Shown: positions 1-12,496 of the stretch, piece by piece
Numbering within the stretch: the stretch's first letter is position 1
How the letters are laid out: each line of letters opens with the position of its first letter
Assembly: GCF_036971445.1 (NCBI RefSeq)
Contig: NC_091481.1
Span: 64,232,001 to 64,296,000 of the forward strand
Direction: 5' to 3'
Origin: Narcine bancroftii
Taxonomy: Eukaryota
DNA: 64,000 bases
Notes under the pieces: generated by a model
Told to the model about the DNA's origin: nothing
The model's input: the letters and a program-made list of their open reading frames with translations, nothing else
Database searches by the model: none
Position numbers and translations under genes: made by a program

Positions 1-210
1 AATGAAGGGCACTGACAGACTCCAAACCACATTGGTTAATTCATAACACAAACCATTGTTAAGAGCTTTTGTAATTTGTTACCAAGAATCAGTTGTAATG
101 TTTTTTTTTATTATTGCTAGTTGAATTGTTAGGATTGGTTTTTTTTTTTAAAAAAAGTCTGTGGCTTCTGCCATCCCACATGTCTAACTGAAGCCTTGAT
201 TCTCTGTCAG

Positions 211-315
211 GATGGCAAACTCTCAAAAGAAGAATTCTTGGAGAACTACAACAGATTCGTAGGAAGTATAATGACAGATTACGGAGACATGATGGTCAAA
301 CATGATGAGTTTTAG
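211..315 (+). CDS. Last coding exon of a CREC-family EF-hand ER protein (calumenin-like sequence, RCN3/reticulocalbin-3 syntenic position)
   Basis: Acceptor tctctgtcag at 201-210, then DGKLSKEEFLENYNRFVGSIMTDYGDMMVKHDEF*. This is the end of the last EF-hand loop (DGKLSKEE), the FVGS motif and an HDEF ER-retention tail. Upstream exons lie outside the window. Confidence 0.92.
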   Translation, partial: DGKLSKEEFLENYNRFVGSIMTDYGDMMVKHDEF

Positions 316-2280
316 TCAACACGTCATTATTGTGTTTTTTGCACTTTTAATTTTGCATCCTCCATTGCTTTGTGTCAAAGATTAAACGAGGGGGAGGGGG
401 GGGGACTTTGATTTGGTTTTCTGCTTGAATATAATTCTTTCATGGGAGAGAGCCGAACACTACAATTTGTTCTATCCAGGACCCTTTATGGCCCAGTCTC
501 TTGCCTTTCTCTTCCAATTGGAAAGCAGATGAATGAGGTGAACATTTCACCTGTTGCTTTCCAACTGTAAGGAAAAAGAATTCCTTGTTCTGGTATAGGG
601 GCCAAACTACGTCACCAGCATCAATTTTAAAATGATCTTGTGTGAGTGCAAGCCTCATGCAGTGGGATAGGGCCTGATCAGTAGAAACGTGCAGATAGGC
701 TACAATCCTGACTCTCCGTGCCCCTCCCAGAAAGTTCAAGAAGCAAACTGTACAACCACGTGATTTGGTTACAGGTTCCCCTTCATTGTATGCAATTACA
801 TTTCTATTAAAGCTCTCACGCACCATCAACCTATAGTTTTGATCAAGTATTATTATGCAGAGGTTGCTTATTCAGTATTCACTAGTATTACGCGTGCAAT
901 ATCCAATCTCCCAGTAGATTACCACCCAGCCTTTATTTTTGACCATTAATATGAACTCAAGTCTGTGGTAATTTTTTTTTTTAAAACTTGCTCACCACTG
1001 GTCTAGTCTGTCAACCAAAGCTCTGCCAAACCAACCCGGGTTCAGTTTGCAGTGTGATGCCACAAAAACCAACTGCTCCCCTTCCAGCACCCAAATCAAG
1101 CTCATAGAAGGGAGATCCTCCTTTTTCCCCCCACCCCATCAAAAACCACTTCAGTTACCCCTCATTTGCTGGCACCGACCAGGCAGCTGCTGTATCAACC
1201 CGGGTTTGATCCTGGCCTCGGGTGCTGTCTGCAACCACGTGGTTCTTTCCCACATTCAGCCTGCACTGCGGTAGGAACTGTTCTAATGGATGGGTGATGC
1301 AATGGGGTGCAGACTCACTGGGCTTAAACACTTGCTCAATAACCTTTTTACTCTCAAATTTCAACAGACCCTACAGCATATCTGGGGAACTTGGAGATGG
1401 TGGATGATTAAATTATCCAAAGATGGGGTTTTCAACTCCGCTTCACAGGACCCTCTCCATACACAGTGAGCTGCTGCTTTACTGAAATTGTCCCAGATAA
1501 GCAGTTCATGCCCTTGCCCCACTACCTGCTGATAGCACAGAAGCAATTCTGAGATAGGCTGGGTGGTAGAACATCCCCAATCTGGAAAACTGCCTGTCTA
1601 TGAAACACCAAATCCACATCACTTCAAGAATACAGGGCTGTATTCCCTTATCCAAGGGATTAAAATGTCTATACATCATATGGATAAGGCATATCTACTG
1701 GTACCTGGAGGGTCATTGAATTAACCTATTTTTAGGTGTGATTACAGTTCCCTCAGAAGGAAATCCAGATCCTTCACCTGTCTAGCTGCCCTCTACCATG
1801 GCTGTGTCATCCAAGGGCAATGAGAAAAGGGTAGTAAATGCCAACCATGTCAGTGATCTACCCATCCTGTGAATGAATAAAGGGTTCCCCTCACACAGCA
1901 GCAAGGTCCTGTTAGCTTCCAATGAGAGATGGCAACACATTTCCCAGCCCTGAGGAATCATAAGCGATCACTGAACTCGTCCCTTGCCTAGTGAATGAAT
2001 GCAGTTGCACGAGAGATCAGGTGGGGTGACATTTGGAGAAAGATCTCGATTGAATTATGGCAAAGTTAATATTACTGGGTCTGTACCCAGTGCGGTTCAG
2101 CATCTAACAAGGGGGCGGGGGGGGGGGCGCAGAATGCCGGACAGATCTGAACCCCACGGGTTTACAAAGTTTGCATGGCCTTGCTCATTACTGCTGGATT
2201 CTTTTGGTTACAAGATGAACGTAGAGGGTGTCGTGCTGTGTTTGTGGCTCTGTGCCTTTGATGAGAAACCTCAACTTGCC

Positions 2281-2325
2281 AATAAATCTTTAATATAACA
2301 CTTGTGTTCTGTCTGTCCTTTTCAC
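2281..2325 (+). terminator. Candidate polyadenylation signal of the CREC gene
   Basis: AATAAA at 2281-2286 followed by a GT/T-rich element (cttgtgttctgtctgtcctttt). Alternative ATTAAA hexamers at 381 and 806. Confidence 0.5.
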
Positions 2326-4601
2326 AGTAAGATCACCCACCCCTCTTTTCAACCACATGTCATTAAATTGCTTGTGTGCAGGCTGTTGGGATTGCTACGA
2401 AGATGCTCCCTTTCTACTCCATACACGGAGTTTCAGGTTTTATATTGCCCTCTACCACGGTAACCCCATACCCAGTTATCTCATCCAATGATCAGCAATG
2501 TCATGGGAATTAAATCAGCTTTCCCCTCCAAAATAGGGGAAAATCACTAACCATTGGATATAGTAAAAACACAATCCTGGAGAAACTCAGCAGGTCAAAC
2601 CGTGTACTTTATGGAGCAAAGATACACAACGTTTAGGTTTTGGCACCTCATCAAGGACACTGTTCTGAGTTTTTTTCCACTCTGCAGACTTTCATGTTTT
2701 ACAACCATTGGACACAGGATTTAAGTTTGTGGATGATGGTGAGAGAGATTTAATAGGAGTCTAGTGGAAACTTTTTTTTTTACACCAAGGGTGGTGAGTG
2801 TATGGAACAGGCGGTCAGAGAAGATGACTAAGACAGGCATTGCAACTGTGAGATGAAACTCGAAAGTCTGCAGATGCTGTTAACGAAATGCTGGAGGAAC
2901 TCATTCGGACAGGCACTTGGATAGGATGGGTTTAGAGGGATATGGGTGAGGCCTCCACCTCTGACAATGCAGCACTCCCTTAATCTAGATGTCTGTGGTC
3001 AAAGGAGTAAGAACCAACAGAGTCAGTGTCGGCGTTATTGTCAGGCAGAGCAAGAACACCCCATTCAGTTTGGGAAACAAGGGTGGGGGGGCAGGGCGGG
3101 GTTTGCTCAAACTAAATTGAGCAGAAATATCAGGTGCCAGGAGGGCAAAGTAAAGCTCAGATGTGAAGCACTAAAAGGCACCAGGTTTCAAGAACATTAT
3201 TGGCACAACTCATTAAAACTGGTGGCTTCAGGATGACAATGGGGAGGCTCTGTAGAAGGAGTAAAACACGAAAATCTGCTGACACCGTGATTGAAGTAAA
3301 AACAATGCTGGAGAAACTCAGCAAGTCAAACTGTCCTTTACGCAGTAAAGGTACATAACAAAAGTTTCGAGCTTGAGCCCGGAGTTTCTCCAGCATTGTG
3401 TTTTTACTTCAATCACAGTGTGGAGGGTTCCTCGCAGGAACCTAGTTGGAAGCCACCACATCTGCCAATCAAGGTTAAGCCCACCCACAGGTGAGCACAC
3501 ACCTTGCCATTGACTCCTCTGAAAGAAAATACATCTCCCTTAACCACCTGCCTATTTTGGGCATGCCTGAGCCAGCTGTGGTATAAAGCCCAACGCGTGG
3601 AACAGCTGGGTCTCTTCCCCCCACCAACCCCTTCCCGGAAACGTTGCCATGAGCAACGCTGGAGAGTCATTTACAAGAAGTCCGCGGTAAAGGGGGGGGT
3701 TTATGGTGCATGCTGACGATCACTAGTGTGCCTGTGTCACGAGAATCACTAAATGCTGCACCTGCCCCAGGTCGAGGGATAGAAGGTACCATTTGCTGAG
3801 ACTTTTCATTTAATTGTTCGCAATTAGTAGCGAGTGTTAGTTGCATCCAATGCAAGTGTATTGTGTACCTGGTCTGAGAAAGAGAGAGAGTGTAAATGTG
3901 TGTGTGTGTGATCTCTGTGTAGACTTTCCCCTGCGGGCAAATAATGACCTTTGCTGTTACCAACGTGTTCAGACCAATTGGTTCTTGGACCTGCTGAACT
4001 TGATCCTCACATTGTAGGCTAAATCAGCACGTGCTTAGGGCACCAAAGGAATGGGACAACCACGGAGTTTTCTCCAGTGTTGGATTTACCAGGGTGCAGC
4101 TGAACTAGGGCCTCACAAAAAGAGGGCCCTCCACAATAAATACAAAAATATATATACCTACAGTCATATTTATTATCGTTGTGGGGTCTGGCCTGGAAGA
4201 AAACTGAACTTTTAATCTATTATTTCACATTCAGCACTTATTGAGTCTTAATGCTTTGTCAGTCAGGCAATGGAAGGGTCGAGGGCCATTGTTGGGCTGT
4301 GCTTGGGGCATCAATTGACCTTAATCTGGCCCTGCTCAGAATAATAATAATTGAAGGAGCTTGTATGTTTTTGGAAACACCAATTGATCAATTTTATTTA
4401 CAAAAACAAAGGAGAGTCTTGCCCAATAAGTGTTACTAGCTGTTTGAATGGGGAGACTGACAACTGGGTTCCTAAATCTAATCTGTTGTGCACTCTTAAC
4501 AAGTCGCTGCATAATGATCTCAATGTGGAATCAAATGACCTCCTGTACTGTAAGCATCCACAAGCAAGTTCTCCTCGCACATCTGTTATACTTGCAGTCC
4601 C

Positions 4602-4607
4602 TTTATT
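4602..4607 (-). terminator. Candidate NOSIP polyA signal
   Basis: TTTATT on + (AATAAA on -) about 200 nt after the NOSIP stop; further copies at 4393 and 4169. Confidence 0.45.
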
Positions 4608-4808
4608 CCAATAGAAAAGGTGAAATAGTAAAGACAAAGTTTACTTTGTGTTAATCAAGTCTGGGAATAAAGAAGGAGCAAAGACTGTTCTGCTACTACA
4701 CAATCCAGTGTACTGGGGATAGCAACTGAAACAAAGACCTTCCATCTAATTTGTTTTACTCTGCCGCTGCCCGGACTCCTGAAGCACAGTGGGCTCTTGT
4801 CGACTCCA

Positions 4809-4880
4809 TCACGCCTGCATCACTGGCCTCGACTCCTTTGCTTCCAATTTGACGCCAGATCCCGCAAATCCAGTCCCGCC
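4809..4880 (-). CDS. NOSIP: NOSIP coding exon 8 (last)
   Basis: Minus strand cag|GGTGFAGSGVKLEAKESRPVMQA-TGA, matching the conserved NOSIP C-terminus; phase 0. Confidence 0.97.
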   Translation of the reverse strand, partial: GGTGFAGSGVKLEAKESRPVMQA

Positions 4881-6674
4881 CTGCATCCGAAACAACACAA
4901 GAGCAGTCAGGCACTAGTCGCCACCCCCATACTGATCAAACAGCCAGAGGAACTCAGAGGGTCAGGCAACATCTGTGGAGGGAAATGGACCTTTAACGTT
5001 TCGGTTCAAATGCCTGCTTCAGAACTGAGACTGTGGAGGGAAGACAGGCAGAGTTAGGGAGGGGGTCAGTGGGTGATTGGCCGTCATTTCACTCCATGGA
5101 TACTGCCTGACCCAGTGAGTTTCTCCGGCAGTGCTTTACCCAAGATTCCAGATCTGCAATCTCCTGCAATATCCCTTAAGAACATTAGGAGCAGGAGTCG
5201 GCCATCTGGCCCATCGAGTCTGCCATTCAATGAGATCTGATGAGGGGCTCATCTCACCTACCTGCCTTTTCCCCCATATCTCTTAATTCTATGTAAAAAT
5301 CTATCCAACCTGGTCTTAAATACATTCACTGAGATCGCCTCCGCTGCTTTAACCGGCAGCGAGTTGCACAGATTCCCTCTGGGGAAAGCAGTTCTTCCTC
5401 ATCTCCGTCCTAAATCTACTGCCCTAAAACGAGGCTATGTCCCCTAGTTCTATTCTCTATGTTGCCAGAGCAAAGGGCTCCAAGGGAAAGTGCTCTCTGC
5501 ATCACAACCAGTGAAAACAGCATCAAATTGGACCATAGCAAAGCTCCACAAACAACTCGATGCAGATGATAATATTGTTCAAGTGCAGCTGGTCTATTAT
5601 CTCATACTACACTGGGTCAACCTGTGTTGTGGTAGCACGGTGTGGCAGCTTGTAAAACTGCTGCCTTCACCAATCTGGGTTTGTCCTCTACTGTGAAGTT
5701 TTTGAATTCTCTCCCCCCCACCACCTCCCCCTGACCTTCCAAATCACAGGGGCGCGTGGGTTGGCGAACGGTGGCGTGTGGGCAAGTGGGAGAGTGCCAA
5801 CACAGCTCCCATACAGGGAGAATGAAATGGGATTAGTGTGAACTGGTGGTCAGTGCAGACTCAATGGCTCTCTGCTTCCGCAATCCACAACTCTGTGATT
5901 CAGGGGGAATGTTAGAAAGCTGCCTCCTCCCACAGGGCCCTTGGAACCGCACAGAGCACTGCCTGCTCACTGCCAAATTTGAGCTTGAGAAGGCAGGTGC
6001 TTTAAATTGCCAAATCTGACACCACTATGGGATAGATTTTAAATATAGTTGCTTTTAATTTAATTTTTTTTTTAATTTTTAAATTTAGACATACAGCACA
6101 CTAGCAGGTCCTTTCAGCCCACAAGCTTGTGCCATCCAATTACACCCAATTTACCTACAACCTGTTTTTGAACGGTGGAAGGAAACGGGAGCCCCTAGGG
6201 AAAACCCACACAACCCACACAAACCCCTAGGGAAAACCCAGACAGTGCGGAATTCAAACCCCGATCGCAATCGCTGGCGCTTTAACAGCGTTGCACTAAC
6301 CACCACACCAAACGGGCCGCCCCACGTCATTTTCCTTGCGGTGACAATCAACACCTTCACTTGTTTTGCAGACAGGTGGTTGGCTCATTCCAACAGACTT
6401 GGAACTTATTGGATAGTTCTATCACAGAGGCATGCTGGACCAAGAGGCCTCCTCAAAAATCCCACTGCGAGGGGGATGAGGTCAGGATCAGAGCATGCTT
6501 GCCCCACAAACTCCCTTCCTCCATCCCAAACATGCCTGTTCCTTTTTACCTCTGCCAAACAAGAGTAGGTTTGGTCGAGTTGGATTATGGAGCTGGCTTG
6601 TGAGACCAACGTGACACTAACATGCAGTGTCCATGGTGCACAGCTCGAGGAACACACAGCACCTTGCCTCTCAC

Positions 6675-6783
6675 CCTCTGAATGGGGATGATGTCCTTCT
6701 CTGTCAGTCTCATCTCACTGATTGGATCCAGCATGTCCGGTTTAATCAGCTTCTCCACGCACTCCATGGTGACCACAGCTCCC
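6675..6783 (-). CDS. NOSIP: NOSIP coding exon 7
   Basis: tttgcag|(S)GAVVTMECVEKLIKPDMLDPISEMRLTEKDIIPIQR|gtgaga, 109 nt, phases 2 to 0. Confidence 0.97.
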
Positions 6784-7938
6784 CTGCAAATCCGTTTAAA
6801 AATACGTCACAAATTGAACCACTACACGAGTGTCGAGAACCCCAAGTGTGCAGCATTAATAACCCCACCACAAACACAGTTATGCTTTAGTTACAGCCAT
6901 CTCCACCTGGCTGTTATTACATATCATAAAGAAAGCTGGAGGGGGAGGAGGAGGAGAAACAGCTTTGAGTGGTGTTCTCACAGATCAAAACAGTTTCACA
7001 AGATTTAGGGACCGAAGTCGGCCCATTGGCCCATTCTAATCATGAGCTGATCCATCCTCCCACCCAGTCCCACTCTCCGTAACCCTTGTTACCCTGATTA
7101 ATCAAATACCTGTCAATCTCTGCCTTAAATACACCCAACGATCTCATTTCCACAGCCAACAAGTTGCACAAGACTGCCCTCTTGTCCTCTTTGATTGCTG
7201 CTGCTCTCCAATGGCAACATTCCCTGTAGATGTATTAATAGTGGGGAGGGTTTTGCCTGTGATGACCTGGGGTATGCCCACTACCTTTTGGTGTTCCCAT
7301 CCCACACTTTCCACCACACCTCTGTAGAAATTTGCCATGGTTTCCGATGTACCAAATCTCCGCAAACTCCTGAGGAAGTAGAGGCGCTGACGTGCTTTCC
7401 TCACCATGCCTTAGGTGTGTTGGGTCCAGGAAAGATCCTCAGAGATAGTGACTCCCAAGAACTTAAATGTGTTCACCCTCTCCAGCTCTGATCCCCAATG
7501 ATCACTGGATTGTATATCTCTGTCTTTCCTTTCTTGAAGTCAACAATCAGCTCCTTAGCTTTGATGCAAGGATATCTACCAGGTGTCTTAAGAAAGCAGT
7601 CTCAAGGATTACCACCACCCAGGCCATGCTCTCTTCTCACTGCTACCATCAGGAGGGAGGTACAGGAACCTGAAGAAAAATACCCAGCGGCACATAAAAT
7701 CTCCCCAGCCATCGGATTTCTGAATGGGCAATGAACCACAGATGCTACCTCACTTTCTCTGCTTTTGCACATTTAAAGCAACATTTGCATCTGTAGTGCT
7801 GCTACAAAACCACATGTTCATGACAATAAACTCTGAATCTGAGGGCAGAATTGGAGGGCAGGGATCCTCATGTTGCTAGGTGGGAAATCTCAGAGACAGG
7901 TGGGAGTGAGAAGAGGAGGGAAGATCCCCGTCACTTAC

Positions 7939-8126
7939 GATGGTCGCAGTACAGCACAGGGCACAGAGTTTCCCAAAGCATCCCGGGTTACAGCGCAGAT
8001 ATACCGCTCCTGCTTTGTGATGAGCTGCACGCGGTCAAGTTTATCGTCCACTGGCAGGAAGTTCACCGGGATCAAGTCTTTCATCTTCAGGGGCTTCCCA
8101 CTCATGGGACAGTAGATTGTTTTATC
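7939..8126 (-). CDS. NOSIP: NOSIP coding exon 6
   Basis: ttttgtag|DKTIYCPMSGKPLKMKDLIPVNFLPVDDKLDRVQLITKQERYICAVTRDALGNSVPCAVLRP(S)|gtaagt, 188 nt. Confidence 0.97.
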
Positions 8127-9295
8127 CTACAAAAGGGTAAGACAACTGTTGACCAATGTTTCAGCTCTACTTGGATCTGCGGCTTCTTTGCGACCCAGAG
8201 GCTGTGCACTTCACAATGTCACAAGCCGGAGCAACATTGATCAATGAATCTCCCCAGGCTGTTAGATCAGCCCTTAGGCACTTAGATCATTGTACCCCAG
8301 CCGCACAGTTCATTGTCAGAGCTCTGTGGGGAACACTCTGCTCACCTCAGCCAGTGCCTAACAGAGGAGTCAGACAGGGTGCCAAATTCCTAGTTAACAT
8401 AGCTACAACTGGAAGCAAAAGATAGCAAGCTTGCATCTGGTTTGACAGCAAAGCCTCTACAGTTGAATGGACTGCTGAGAGCTCAGCGCCATCTCAGGAT
8501 ACTCAGCTGGAGGTTAGCAGCCACTCGTAAGTGTTCATCAGCAGGACCACATAGTTTAGAGGGGCCACAGGAGAGAAACACTGGACGTGGAAGTGGAGTA
8601 CACAGTACTGACAGGGTGGTAGAAGTTTTCCAACATTGGTGTGGACTGCACCTAACACTTTCTACCATCTGTGCTGCATCCCAGTCCTCACTGAATCAGA
8701 TATGTGGTGACAAATAAACAAATATCTACCTCCATCTGGTGCAGATCGATGTTTGGGAGATGCTCCTAGTTGCTGGTACATACTGCACCAACGGATGAAG
8801 GAAGCAATAAGTTTAGGGTGGTGAAGGGGTGCCAATCAAGTGGGCCGCTTTGTCCTGGATGGTGTAGAATAGTGGTTCTCAACTGTTTTTTTTCCCCCCA
8901 CTCACATACCAACTTAAGTACTGTAGTCCCTTACTAACCACAGAGCACCTATGGCATCCCAGCAAGTAAAGGGTAGTCCACCAGGCTTCTGCTTTGTAGA
9001 TGGTGAAAAGGCTTTGGGTTCAAGGAGGTGAATTGCCTCCGCTCTGAGCTGCTCTTGCAGCCAAAGTTTCTGTGGCTGGTCCAGATAAATGTCTGGTCAA
9101 TGCGGACCCCCCAAGATGTTGGTGCAAGGAAATGGCAGTGGTCATGGCATTGACCGTCAGGGCAGACATTTCAACAGGCTTTGGAGAGAATCAGTGACAG
9201 GGACTCATTACGTGTTCCTGGTCACTTCTCAGCCTATGCCTCAAACTTGTCTTGGACTTACTACATGTGAGCACAGCTGCTTAGTTTATCATTTA

Positions 9296-9677
9296 CCGTA
9301 TATACTCATGTAATCGTCAAGTTTGGTATGGGGGGGGGGGGGGTTCAACTTTTACACGACTTAAACTTTTGACTTTGTAAGTTCCTGTGTCGTTCAAGGC
9401 ACCAGGAGCGGAGGCTGGGGTGTCGGGAGCTCGCGTGGCCGGGGTGTCGGGAACTCAGATGGGTGGGACTTTGGGAGCTCCGGTGGGTGGGCAGCCGGGA
9501 CAAAGATCCACTGTCGGAGAGTCAGGAGCTATGGTGGGCAGGTGAAGGTGCTCTCAGGACATCGGGAGCTTGGATGGGAAGGCAGTCAGAGCAAAAAAAA
9601 AATGGGGTTTGTCAACTTTTACATGGGTCACACAAAAGCTATAATACGGTTTTGACGATTACATGGGTATATACGTA
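9296..9677. mobile_element. Tc1/pogo-type MITE with internal GC-rich repeats
   Basis: Inverted ends ccgtatatactcatgtaatcg...cgattacatgggtatatacg, TA-flanked, internal gggtgtcgggagctc repeats; sibling at ~15139-15780. Confidence 0.65.
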
Positions 9678-9761
9678 TACGTAATTCAACGATTTGGGGG
9701 TGGCTCAGGAGAGATGGAAAGATGATAAAATGGTAGCAAGAGGTACAAAACAGAAGCTTAC

Positions 9762-9877
9762 TGGTTTGCTTAGGGTTGATGCTTTAGCCTCTGGGGTAAG
9801 TGAAGGGATCCAGAAACTGGGTAAATCTTTCTCCTCTTGCTTAATAGCTTTGGTTGAGGAACCAGCCTGGGCTTCTC
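9762..9877 (-). CDS. NOSIP: NOSIP coding exon 5
   Basis: ccccag|(G)EAQAGSSTKAIKQEEKDLPSFWIPSLTPEAKASTLSKP|gtaagc, 116 nt; contains the conserved LPSFWIPSLTP. Confidence 0.96.
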
Positions 9878-10293
9878 CTGGGGATCAAGAGGACAAAACC
9901 ATCGTGAAGAGCCAGCTGAACAACAATAAAGTCATGCTGTCGGGTTAGCCAATCGTTTAGTCCTGTTTTCCGACAACGAGTGTAGCCTTTTGTGGTGATG
10001 CTCCTGTCAGATCCAACTTTGGCCGATCCTGCTTGCAAATTAAAATCGTAACATAATCGCCAAAAGCTTTGGCATCGCATTGAATGTAAGTTAGTGCACA
10101 CGTCCTCTTCCCAAAACTGTTGCCAGTAACCTAAGGAAGGAATTCCATGCCTGTGTGGAATGCTAAACTATGCATGCCATTTTGTACAGTTGGACAGCAC
10201 AGAAGTAGGTCATTCTGCCCACCATGTTCCTTCTGACCTTTAACCCACCTAAGTTCCATATCCTTCTATTCTTTACCTCCTCAAGTACCTGTC

Positions 10294-10514
10294 TGTGATA
10301 GGATGGGATCCTATCACCACTGTATATATTTGATATGGTGATAATGATTGGCTGAGAGCCGTAGCCACACCTACTGGCCAGGTCATAAAGGGATGCTCCT
10401 AACCAGACCCAAGTCAGTCTGGACTGGCCGATCTCGATGTACTACGCTCCAGTTTTTTGTTAATAAAAGCCTTGGTTTGAGTCAACAAGTCTTTGAGTCA
10501 TTCGACGTGCTACA
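10294..10514 (+). mobile_element. Solo LTR (221 bp) with 5-bp TSD
   Basis: TG...CA termini, TSD CTGTC at 10289-10293 and 10515-10519, internal ATTGG and AATAAA; interrupts a CR1-like fragment. Confidence 0.85.
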
Positions 10515-11868
10515 CTGTCTAAATGCCTCTTAAATGTGGTAAATGTATCCAAATCTACTGCTTCCACTGGCAGCAGGTTTTAGATATCAACTACTCTCAA
10601 CGTAAAATAATTCCCCCCCTCAGCAGACGGCACAGTTATCAGACTGGTTAGTGCCACGTTATTACAGCACCAGTGACCCAGGTTCAAATCTGGCACTGTC
10701 TCTAAGGTTCTCCCCGTGACTGCGTAGAATTTCCTCCTGGCGCTCCAGTTTCCTCCCACACAGGGGTTGTAGATCAGTTGGGTGTATTTGGATGCCACGG
10801 GCTTGTGGGCCAGAAGAGTCTACACGTCTGCCAAGGGAGAGCTTGCCAAATGGATCATTTCGACATCAGACCCATTCTGTAAATCTACTGGTGTCCCTAA
10901 GGTATCGAGCAGGGAAAGTTTGATGTCGTTATCTGTTCATTGCTGCCAAGATCCACCCTGTGGTCTAACAGCCCCTTATACAAATGGTGCTGAGAGCTTT
11001 CTCCAAAAGCTGTCGGAAGGCTGCTGGTGGTTGGATAAATATGGGATTGCAAAGGAGGAAACTATACAGGAGAGGGATAATTGCATCTCTCAGTATTGCT
11101 ATTATCATTATACAATGGGGAGAAGCAGCATCAAAGGACAGGAGACAGTTGCCGGAAGTGACATCACTTCTGCAGGGTTGTTTGTGAACCTCGGCAGGTT
11201 CCAAAATCCTTTACAGACTAAGCAATACATCTGAAGAGTCACAACTTCTATACCGTATATTTAAATGTAGACATATAGCATGGTAACAGGCCATTTACCC
11301 CCAATTAACCTACAACCCTGGTACATTTTTTAAGGGTGGGGAGAAAGCCAGAGCCCCCGGGGAAAACACAGACAAGGGGAGAACGTATAAACTCCTTAAA
11401 GACAACGTGGAATTGGATTCGAACCCAGATCTCAATCGCTGGCGCTGTAACAGTGTGGCGCTAAAATGCCACCCCACCATTTGTCCACGGTAAGGTTCCG
11501 CAAGCAGCAATGAGTTAATTAACAGATCACCTGCTTCAGTGACTTTGGTTGAGGGTTAAGTATTAGACAGCAATGCCTGGCTTACAGAGAAAATATTACA
11601 TCAGCCTGCTATCCAGAATGGGTGCTTACTATGCCACAGTGCCAATCTGAAGGAAAGGTGTTCTCACAGTTCCACTGCCCACTTTTATTCTGCCACCAAC
11701 ATTGTCAAAATTGAATGTCCTGTCGCGGTTTACGGGAGCGTGCTGCGTGCAATACCACTGAAGCGATTCCTCTAGAGGAATACAAAAGGTGGCGTTACAT
11801 GGGGTGGCCTTTGGCTGACGAGAAACCTCTATTTTCTGTGATTTCACCCAACTCCGTGAGCACCTTAC

Positions 11869-12010
11869 CTGCTCTGGAGCTGAAAGGATTCAGAGGCTTG
11901 CTCACAATAGTTGACTCTTTCTCCAGAAATGCTTTGACTTTAGTTTCCTTCTCTGCCTTCGCCAGCTCTGCCATCTCCACCTTCTTTGCATTCTTCTGCT
12001 TCTCATAAGC
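11869..12010 (-). CDS. NOSIP: NOSIP coding exon 4
   Basis: gcccag|AYEKQKNAKKVEMAELAKAEKETKVKAFLEKESTIVSKPLNPFSSRA(G)|gtaagg, 142 nt. Confidence 0.96.
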
Positions 12011-12414
12011 CTGGGCAACGGATATAGTTCATAAGTGCACATGCATACTTACAGATATAGCCACACACGTGCAGGGCAGAGAAACACATGCACACACGTG
12101 GATAAACGCGCACGCGCAAAGGGATGGCAATGGTTAGTGCAATGCTGTTACAACACTAGCGGCCCGGGCTCGAATCTGGCGCTACCTTTCTCCCCATGTC
12201 TGCATGGGTTTCCTCCGGGGGTTCACCTTCAAAATGTGCAGCGGAGGGGGGGTGGTTGTAGGTTAATTGGGCAGCATGGGCTCATGGACCAGAAAGGCCT
12301 GTTACTGTGCTGTATGTCTAGAATGTTTTTAAAAGTTATACCCACTGTTTTAAGTGACACTTTAAGGGTGATACTTAATGTAGAGGGTTGAAAAGAGATG
12401 CGAGTGAAAATTAC

Positions 12415-12496
12415 CTTTATCTTTTTGGCAATTTCGGTTTTCTGGTGCAAGATGTATTCAAGGATTGCTTCTTTTTCATAGATATAACCATCTGGT
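12415..12496 (-). CDS. NOSIP: NOSIP coding exon 3
   Basis: ctgcag|(T)PDGYIYEKEAILEYILHQKTEIAKKIK|gtaatt, 82 nt. Confidence 0.97.

Noticed and set aside
10782-11234. 150-aa ORF antisense within a NOSIP intron
   Set aside because: Starts inside a SINE at a non-ATG codon; no recognisable domain.
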